Origin: Paramoeba atlantica
Taxonomy: Eukaryota; Protista; Discosea
DNA length: 32,375 bases
Direction of reading: 5' to 3'
Assembly: GCA_977017575.1 (NCBI GenBank)
Contig: CDRNVI010000134.1
Coordinates: forward strand, 1-32,375
The translations under genes were made by a program, and so were the position numbers. This document shows, piece by piece, positions 23,416 to 32,375 of this stretch; positions within the stretch are counted from its first letter, which is position 1; every line of letters begins with the position of its first letter. Under the pieces are notes generated by a model. That model saw nothing but the letters and a program-made list of their open reading frames with translations. It made no database searches and was not told the origin of the DNA.

Positions 23416-25433
23416 TTACTTATTTTTATATTTATTTATTAAAATTATAGCAATTAATATAAATAATAATTCACTATTTAAATTATTTATAGGTAATATA
23501 TAGAATATAATTAAACTAACAGATGAAATAATAAATAAGAACAAATAATTAAAAATATAACCTGTTGGGAAAAAATATTTATAATTAATACTTAAAGAAT
23601 TTCATAATTAACTAAACCTAAAGGCCCTATTAATTCTATAATACCTCTATCAATATTTTTAAATACTATATAGGATAATTTAATAAAACCTCCTAAAATT
23701 ATTTTATTATAAATAGTATCCACATACCATTTATAAGAAAAAAAACTTGCAATATTATTATATCTTTTAAAATATAAATAATTATTACTTCTTAAAACTT
23801 TATATAAATAAGTATAATAATAATTTATTAAAAAAATAATTATTATACCAGACATACTAAAAAAAAAAGGAATATTTTTTATATATCAAGGTAAAAATTC
23901 TGATTCTAAAATTAAAATATTTCTAGTTGAAATTATATTTAATCAATTTAATCAAGTATCATTACCTAATCCTATAAATAAATCTTTATTAATATAACCA
24001 AAAAATATACTATTTAAAGCTAATATAAATAAAGGTAAAGACATAAAAATATTAGATTCATGTATTAATTCAAACATTTTTCTATAACCATTAGGTGATG
24101 TTATAAAAACATATACTAATAACCTAATACTATATAATGATGTAAACAAAGCTGCTATAACACTTAATCAATAAATAAAAGAACTATCTATTATATATGA
24201 TATATAAGTAATTTCAATTATAACATCTTTAGAATAAAACCCTGTTAAAAAAGGTATACCCATTAATGCTAAAGAACCTATTAACATCATAATATAACTA
24301 TAAGGTAATAATTTAATTAACCCTCCATATTTTCTTATATCTTGTTCATCAGATAAAGCATGTATAATAGCCCCCGCACTTAAAAATAATAATGCTTTAA
24401 AAAAAGCATGATTAGTTAAATGAAATAAACTTAGTGAATAATTTGATAACCCACATATAAACACCATATAACCTAATTGACTACAAGTTGAATATGCTAT
24501 AACCTTTTTTATATCATTTTGAAATAAACCTATAGTTGCTGCAAAAAAACTAGTTAAAACACCAACTAAAGTTATAATTCATAAACCAATAGCTGAATAT
24601 TCAACCATTGGTGATAATCTTATTAAAATAAATACTCCAGCTGTAACCATTGTTGCTGCATGTATAAGAGCAGAAACTGGTGTTGGACCAGCCATAGCAT
24701 CCGGTAATCAAGTATGTAAACCTAATTGTGCAGATTTTCCCATAGCTCCAATTAATATAAAAATAGTTATCAAAGTTATTGTATTAAAATAATTATTTAT
24801 AAAATAAATATAATCAAATTGACACATATCACTTATTGCGAATATTATACTAAAATTTAATGTTTTATATTCTAAATATATTAAACATATACCTAAACCA
24901 ACTCCAATGTCACCTATTCTATTCATAATAATAGCTTTAATTGCAGCTTTGTTTGCATCTGCTATTGTAAATCAAAAATTAATTAATAAATAAGATACTA
25001 AACCAACACCTTCTCAACCTAAAAATAATTGTAATATATTATCAGCTGTAACTAACATTAACATAAATCATGTAAATAATGATAAATAAGATACAAATCG
25101 AGAAGAAAAAGGATCATTATACATATAACCTATTGAATAAAAATGAACTAATAAAGATATTGTATTTACTACAATTAACATAACACCTGTTACAGGATCG
25201 AAAATAAATCCTCATGTTACATTAAATAAACCTATATTAAATCATGAAAATAATTTTAAAAAACATACAGAACCTTTTAATACAGTTTCATAAAAAATAT
25301 AATATGATAACAACACTGTTAATAACATATTAAAATTCGCAATTATAAAACTACCTTTATTTCCTAATAAACGCCCAAAAAAACTTATAATTAAAAAACT
25401 TATTAATGGTAAATATAATACTAATAAATACAT
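23416..25433 (-). CDS. nad5: NADH dehydrogenase subunit 5, one -1 frameshift at ~23608
   Basis: [60 protein letters not shown] and GFYSKD motifs. Confidence 0.96.
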
Positions 25434-25452
25434 AAAAAGTATATAAAAAAAT

Positions 25453-25773
25453 TTAACCTTTTATAGTACTAATATAATCTATAGATATAATACCTCTTAA
25501 TCTATAATAAATAACTATTAATCCTAAACCAATAGCTGATTCAGAAGCTGCTATAGTTAATATATATAAAGCAAATATCTGACCATATATATCATCTAAA
25601 TATATTGATAAAAAAATAAATAATAAATTTACAGATGCTAAAATTAACTCTATAGACATTATTATTATTATTATATTTCTACGTGTAATAAAAATACCCG
25701 CTATACCTATAATAAATAAACTAAAACTTAAAATAGGTATAAATGTTTCAAAAGGAATTAAGATATTAAACAT
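25453..25773 (-). CDS. nad4L: NADH dehydrogenase subunit 4L (106 aa)
   Basis: RRNIIIIIMSIEL and AASESAIGLGL motifs. Confidence 0.95.
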   Translation of the reverse strand: MFNILIPFETFIPILSFSLFIIGIAGIFITRRNIIIIIMSIELILASVNLLFIFLSIYLDDIYGQIFALYILTIAASESAIGLGLIVIYYRLRGIISIDYISTIKG

Positions 25774-25791
25774 TGTTAAAATAAATGTTTT

Positions 25792-26544
25792 TTAATGTCC
25801 AGCTTCGTAAGAATCTTTTAAATAAATAGAAACTAAAACAATAAATACATAAGCTTGTAAAAATGAAATACCAAACTCTAATAAAAAAATTACAGTTATT
25901 AATAATATTCCTAAAATACCTATAATATAATTAAATTTTAATATTTTTACAATAAAAAATAATAAAATATGTATTAATGAATGTCCCGACATTAAATTTG
26001 CAAATAACCGTATAGATAAACTAAAACCTCTTGCAATATAAGAAATAACTTCGATACCTATTAACATAGGTAATAAAATATTAGGAACACCTTTTGGTAT
26101 AAATAACTGTATAAAATGTAATTTTTGTTTTAAAAAACCTATTATAGTTAATCCTATAACAGTAATTGATCCTAATAAAAATGTTAAAATTATATGACTT
26201 GTAATAGTAAAAGAACTTGGTACTAAACCAATAAAATTTGCTATTAATATAAAATAAAATAAGCTAGCTATATAAACAAAATATGGTTCACCTCTTTTAC
26301 CTACTTGTGTAACTAAAACATTTAACGGAAATAAATATATAAAATTCTCATATATGTATTGTCATAACGATTTATAAACTAAATTTAATTTAGATAATAA
26401 TACATTACTTGTTATAATATTTATTATAAAAAAAATAATAAATAAATATATAAATAAGTTTGTTATATAAAAATCACTAAAATAAAAATTTATATATAAA
26501 GAAAATATATCAAATTGATCTAATGGTTGAAAAAATTTATTCAT
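25792..26544 (-). CDS. atp6: ATP synthase subunit 6 (a) (250 aa)
   Basis: PLDQF, NFIGLVP, SLSIRLFANLMSGH and LQAYVF motifs. Confidence 0.95.
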
Positions 26545-26562
26545 AATATATAAAATAATTTT

Positions 26563-26919
26563 TTACTCTCAGGTTAAAGCACCTTTTAATCATTCATATA
26601 TGAAACCTATAGTTAATATAGTAATAAAAATCAATACTACTAAAAAACCACTTGTTCCTAAAAAATTAACTAAAGTCAATCATGGAAATAAAAATATTAT
26701 TTCTAAATCAAAAATTAAAAATAAAATAGATACTAAATAAAATCTTACATTAAAATTATGTCTAGTATCTTCAAAAGGGTGAAAACCACATTCATATGCT
26801 GAAACTTTTTCTATCTCAAATTTTGAATAAATAAGAAGTAAAATAATAGAAAATAATACTAAAGAAATAATCATACTTAATGATATAGAGATAATAATTA
26901 TACTATATTCAAAATTCAT
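26563..26919 (-). CDS. nad3: NADH dehydrogenase subunit 3 (118 aa)
   Basis: [24 protein letters not shown] and YEWLKGALTW motifs. Confidence 0.95.
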
Positions 26920-26922
26920 ATA

Positions 26923-27426
26923 TTATTTTTTTATAGTAAAATATTTTTTAAAAATAAAATTTTTATAGTTTATTTGATTTAATAATTTAAATTTAATACT
27001 AAATATAAAATAATTATTAATATAAAAAGTATTTAAAAAATTATTATATAAATAACTATATAAATTTGATATAGAATTTAATAATATATTTAAATTAATA
27101 TTATAAAATAAAATTATAAATTTAAAATAATAATTTTGAAATGTAGATATTAAAATATTTTGAAATATTATATTTTTATATAAATAAAAAATATAATATA
27201 GTTTTAATAATTTTAAATAATAGTGTTTATATATTTCATTTTTTTTTATAATTAAGAAATTACTTTTTAACGAAGAAATATAAAAAGTAAATAAAGATAT
27301 AATTAATAATATAATTATAATTAATAAATTACCAACAGAATTAAAAAAAAATAAATGATTTGAAAACATATTAACTAAAAATAATATAGAAATATAAAAA
27401 ATTATAAAATTAAAAATTTTATTCAT
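26923..27426 (-). CDS. ORF167, probable ATP synthase subunit b (atp4/orf25)
   Basis: Two N-terminal hydrophobic segments then a long polar region; size fits Atp4; no diagnostic motif confirmed. Confidence 0.45.
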   Translation of the reverse strand: MNKIFNFIIFYISILFLVNMFSNHLFFFNSVGNLLIIIILLIISLFTFYISSLKSNFLIIKKNEIYKHYYLKLLKLYYIFYLYKNIIFQNILISTFQNYYFKFIILFYNINLNILLNSISNLYSYLYNNFLNTFYINNYFIFSIKFKLLNQINYKNFIFKKYFTIKK

Positions 27427-27430
27427 ATGT

Positions 27431-28579
27431 TTAAGTAATATTTTTATATAATGATTTTTCTAATTTAACAATAACAGGTAACAATATAATAAAATATATA
27501 AAATAAAAACTTGTAGCCATTTGACCTATAAAATAATAAGGTTCTTCTATAGGTTTACCTCCTATTCAGGTTAATGTAATAAAATCCATAATAAATAATC
27601 AAAAACCTAAATTATAAATAGGTCTAAAATAACCACTAACTATAGGTGCTTTCACATAAAATGGAAATATTATTAAAACAATAATAGATAAAACTAATAA
27701 GATAAAACCACCTGCTTTATCTGGTACAGATCTTAAAATTGCATAAAAAGCTTTAAAATATCATTCTGGTACGATATGTACGGGTGTTACTAAAGGATTT
27801 GCTTCTAAATAATTATCTGCGTCTATTATACTTGGAGTATGTTTTATAGCATACATATTAAAACCAAATAATAATAATAATGAACTAAATAAATCTTTAA
27901 AAACAAAATAAGGATGAAATGGTATTTGATCTACCTTATGATTAATACCTAATATATTATTAGAACCAACTTCATGTAATAATATAATATGAACTCCAGC
28001 TAAAGCTGCTATAACAAAAGGTAATAAATAATGTAAACTAAAAAAACGATGTAATGTAGCTTCATCAACAGAAAATCCACCTCATAATCATAATAATATA
28101 TCATTACCTACAAAAGGTATAACTGACACTAAATTAGTAATAACAGTTGCTGCTCAAAAACTCATTTGACCCCAAGGTAAAACATAACCTACAAAAGCTG
28201 TTATAATCATAATTAATAATATTATAACACCAGATACTCATACAAATTGTCTAGGATAAGTATATGAACCATAATATAAACCTCTAAATACATGTAAATA
28301 TATTACAAAAAAAAAAACTGATGATCCACTAGCATGGTACATTCTTAGCATATCACCAAAATGTACATCATTAACTATATGTCTAACACTAGCAAAAGCT
28401 AAATCAGCATTAGGTGTATAATACATAGCTAAAATAACACCTGTTAAAATCTGAATAATTAAAAACAAACCAGCACTAACTCCTAAATTTCAAGCATAAG
28501 TTATATTAGCAGGAGCTGGATAAACTACTAAAGCATTATAAAATGCATTTACAAAAATATCTTTTTTAACTAATCTCAT
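27431..28579 (-). CDS. cob: Cytochrome b (382 aa, no introns)
   Basis: WNLG, heme ligands in HASGSS..HVFRG and LHYLLP..HIILLH, WGQMSFW, HIVPEWYF and LRSVPDK motifs. Confidence 0.97.
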
Positions 28580-28959
28580 TATTTATATATTGTTTTTATT
28601 ATAAAATATTTTTTATTTAATAAAGATTCTTTTTTTAAGAAATTTAAACCTAATATATATAATTTACTAAAAATAATAATTTTAATATTATTAATTTTAG
28701 ATTTTAATAAAACAACAAATTTATTTAATAAAAAATTATTATTTAATAAAATACTTAAATTTAATTTTATAATAAATAAAATATTTGATTCTAATAATAA
28801 TAATCTTTTTATTATAGATTTTAATTTATATTTTCTTAATTTAATAGTTTTATTTATTAAAGGGAATATATATCTTGCATAATAAATATAAATTAATCAA
28901 AAAAATATAAAATTTAAAACTAATTCTAAAAATAAAATTCCTAAATCTAATTGTGGCAT
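28579..28959 (-). CDS. atp8: ATP synthase subunit 8 (126 aa)
   Basis: Starts MPQLD, one TM helix, then PLINKTIKLRK; absent from the ORF track because of TGA at codon 21; TAATG overlap with cob. Confidence 0.9.
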
Positions 28960-29197
28960 AATAATAATTTTTTTTTTTATTACTATAATTTAATTACTAA
29001 ATAATTTTCTTAATCATTTTTTCACGTTTATTCTTTTCTTTCTTTTTCTATACAACATCTTGAAGGTGCAAACATATATAAGATAAAAATATTTTTTTCT
29101 TTTTACCTTATTTTAAAAATATTATTATTATTCAAATTAATAATAATATTCAAATTTAAAAATTTCTTTTTAAATTTATTAATTAAATATTATTTAA

Positions 29198-32100
29198 TTA
29201 ATATTTTTTAGAATTTAATAAAGTAACAGTATTTAATTTATAATTTATTAAGCTATTATTATTTAATAAACTATAATCATAGTCATAAATATTATTAAAA
29301 AAATTTATTTCATTTAATTTTGAATAATAATTTAAATTTTTTTTATTTGAATACTTAATACTATATATATACTTATATATTATATTTAAATTTTTCATAA
29401 ATTTAGTAATAAATAAACTAATATCACAATTTATTTTTTTAGTATAATTATTTTTTAAAATCAAATTATTAAATAATACTAATTTTAAAAAATATTTATA
29501 ATAACTATATATAGAATTATTATATTTCAAATTATTTATATTTTTATAATTATTAGTATAATCATTAATATTATTAAATAATATATAATTTTTTATTGAT
29601 ACATTTTTTACTAAAAATTTATTATAGTAAACTTTATTTTTAATAAAACTTTTGAAAGTCTTATTTTTGTTATAAAAATATTGTAACAAATTACTTCTAA
29701 TATTAATTAAAATTTTTGAATAATTTAGTTTACTAAAATTTTTATATTGATTAATTCGTTTTAAAAATAATAAATCAATATTATATATTTTTCTATATAT
29801 ATTATAAATTTTAAAATGTATATATTTTGATAAATACGACATTATATTATCTTCATTACGTTTAAAATAATTTTCTTTTATTAATGATCATTTAGGATAT
29901 TCTACTAATAATGTTCTTCTAAAAAAATACATACTACTTTTTTTAAATAAACCTTTTTTAAATAAAATTTTTAATTTTTTTTTCATTTGTTTAAATAATA
30001 ATGTTTTATTATTATTAATAAACTTATAATTTAAAAAAAAAGATGTAATATTATTATACCTATAGAATCTTCTCTTTTTTCCTGTTAAATATAAATTTAA
30101 TAATTTTTTTTCTCTTTTCTTTAAATTATTTTTTTGAATTAATATAAATACTTTCTTCTTTCTATTATAAAATTTTAAATATGAACTCTTCTGAGTAAAA
30201 GATTTATTTATAAATCAATTTCTTTTTTTTCATAAACAAATTGAGTTTTTAATATTTTTTTTTTCTTTTATTGGTTTTAAAATTATTTTTCTCTTTTCTT
30301 TTATTAAATTATTATTTATAAATAAATAATAAGTTCAAGATTTTAAATTTTTCTCTTTTCTTTTATTTAATTTTAAATTATCAATTAAATTACAATTATA
30401 AGATATAAAATTTCTCTTTTTTAAACTTTTATTCTCTTTTCTTTTAGATATAATTGAATTATTATTTAATAAATTTTTTGAATAAAAAATATAATTCTTT
30501 TTAATCTTAGTTAAAACTTTTATTAAATAATTTTCACAATTAATATTACAAGAAAATACTAAAAAATTATTATAAGGTATCTTTATAGATTTTCATTTAT
30601 AATATAAATCATTCTTTTCTTTTTCATTTATAATATAAAAATTTCATTTTTTTTTATGAAATTTATTTATTATATCGTAATAATCTAATTCATAACTATT
30701 AAATATAAAATTTTTATATTTATAAACTTTAAAATTTTTATATTTATGAGAACAATAATCTTTATTAAATTTATTATATTTACAATTATAATTATAAATA
30801 TTAAAATTCAATAAATCTTTATTATTATAATTGTAAATATAATAATTTATTAAAGATTTCATATTTTTATTATTATTAAAATAATTTTTTTTCTTTATTC
30901 CCTTTTTTTTATGTAATTTATTTAATTTAATTAAATTTAAAGAAATATTATAAAAAAATTTATCAAATTTATATATTTTTTTTTCTTTTGTTGTTGATTT
31001 TTTAATAATAAAAAATTTTGAATTTTTTCTTTTTATATTTATAAATTTTTTAATTTTTTTCTTTTTATATTTATAATTATTAATTTTATTATAATTATAT
31101 TTATTAAAAATACGAAAATATAAATATTTATTTATTTGTTTTCAATTTCTTTTTTTTAATATGTTATTAAAACTATTCTTAAAAAAGAAATTTTTAACAT
31201 TTTAGAAATTTTATAATTATTTAATAATTTAATATTATTTAATATTATTAAAAATATTTTTAATATTTTATAATCAATATTCGAATTAATAGTATATAAA
31301 AAATTTATTCATTATATAAAATTTTTTATAATTTTTATATAAAAATTTATTTTTAATATTATTATAAATACTATTAATATATAAATTTTTTATAAAATAT
31401 AAAAAATTATAATTTAATAATTTTTTTCTTTTAATTAAATATGAATAATTATATAATTTTATTCTTTTTTCTTTTCTTTTATATAATTTTAAAGAATAAA
31501 AGTTATTTTTTATTCTTTTTATATAATCTAAAAATTTCTCTTTTCTTTTATATTTTTTTCATAAATTAATATTATATATTTTATAAAAAAAATTATATCT
31601 AATATTAAATAAATTTCTCTTTTCTTTTTTATTTTTAAATAAATTTAGTTTATTTAAAAATAAATTATAATTATATAATTTATTTTTAAATTTTTTTTTA
31701 ATTAAAATTTTTCTCTTTCTATATAATTTATTTTTATTTTTTTTATACAATAATTTTTTAAATAAAAAATAATAATTATTATAAAAATTTTTTATATTAA
31801 ATTTTTTATATTTTAAATATTTTTTATTATAATATTTTAATAAATTTTCTTTTCTAAATAATAAAATAAATTTTTTTTATTCTTTTCAAGACAATATTTT
31901 TTTCTTATATAAAAATTATTATTAAATTTTATATAATCTAAATTAAATAAATTTAATTTTGATAAAGACTTAAAATTATAACCTAAAAATACTTGACCTT
32001 TTTTTAAAAAAATAGTTTTTTTTATTATATTATTATTATAATGAAATAATTGTTGTTTTCTTCTTCTCTTTTCTTCTCTTTTCTTTCTAAAACTATTACT

Positions 32101-32375
32101 TATAGTTTGAAAATATAAACCATTTTCTGGTCCAAAATTTAAAAAATCTTCATTATCTATATTATTAAAACGAGTTTGCTTTAAAAACAATTTTTTTCTT
32201 AATTTATTTTTATATGATAATAAAAAATTATAATTTTATACCTTAACTTTCTATTATATATAAATTTTTTATTACAATCTAAAAAATTCATAAAAGAATT
32301 TTGAAAAAAATTATTATAAAAATTTTTATAATTATCTTTTATAACAAAAACGATTTAGAATTATTTAAATTCAAT
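29198..32375 (-). CDS. Giant unidentified K/N/I/Y/F-rich reading frame (over 1000 codons if ~5 homopolymer frameshifts are corrected; 667 uninterrupted codons 31201 to 29198)
   Basis: Manual code-4 translation links ORF-track pieces 30644-30862 and 29198-29842 in one frame with no TAA/TAG from 31201; upstream pieces join across A/T runs; no recognisable domain. Confidence 0.65.
30111..32086. repeat. Dispersed 12-mer TCTCTTTTCTTT (minus strand AAAGAAAAGAGA), at least 7 copies
   Basis: Copies start at 30111, 30290, 30352, 30433, 31537, 31616 and 32075, plus a tandem near-copy at 32065. Confidence 0.7.

Noticed and set aside
28990-29197. Basic peptide KRKKYFYLIYV...RINVKKWL reminiscent of Rps16 between the giant ORF and atp8
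   Set aside because: No start codon, in-frame stop just upstream, and similarity is too weak given the low-complexity composition.

Overview
The window joins two unrelated genomes. Bases 1 to ~8114 are a moderately AT-rich (~40% GC by eye) gammaproteobacterial chromosome segment read with the standard code: xthA (partial), tkt, gap, a 128-bp ERIC-like palindromic element, an aldehyde dehydrogenase, an acetolactate-synthase-like ThDP enzyme, an SLT-family lipoprotein and the 3' end of a HEAT-like gene. Bases ~8115 to 32375 are a very AT-rich protist mitochondrial genome with every gene on the minus strand and TGA read as Trp: 14 complete tRNAs plus a half tRNA, atp9, cox1, cox3, cox2, atp1, rps4, rps2, nad2, nad4, nad1, nad11, nad6, nad5, nad4L, atp6, nad3, a probable atp4, cob, atp8 and a giant unidentified reading frame running off the right end. 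The junction cuts a bacterial gene and a mitochondrial tRNA mid-gene. Single-base homopolymer frameshifts occur on both sides, so a chimeric long read or misassembly from an amoeba-plus-bacterium sample is the most likely explanation. The strongest biological signals are acceptor-stem mismatches at positions 1-3 in 10 of 14 tRNAs (5' tRNA editing signature, pointing to Amoebozoa or a similar lineage), a Cox1 lacking its conserved C-terminal motif, the giant orphan ORF, the ERIC-like element, and the ThDP enzyme plus ALDH pair. All translations and coordinates were worked out by hand; no database searches were run.
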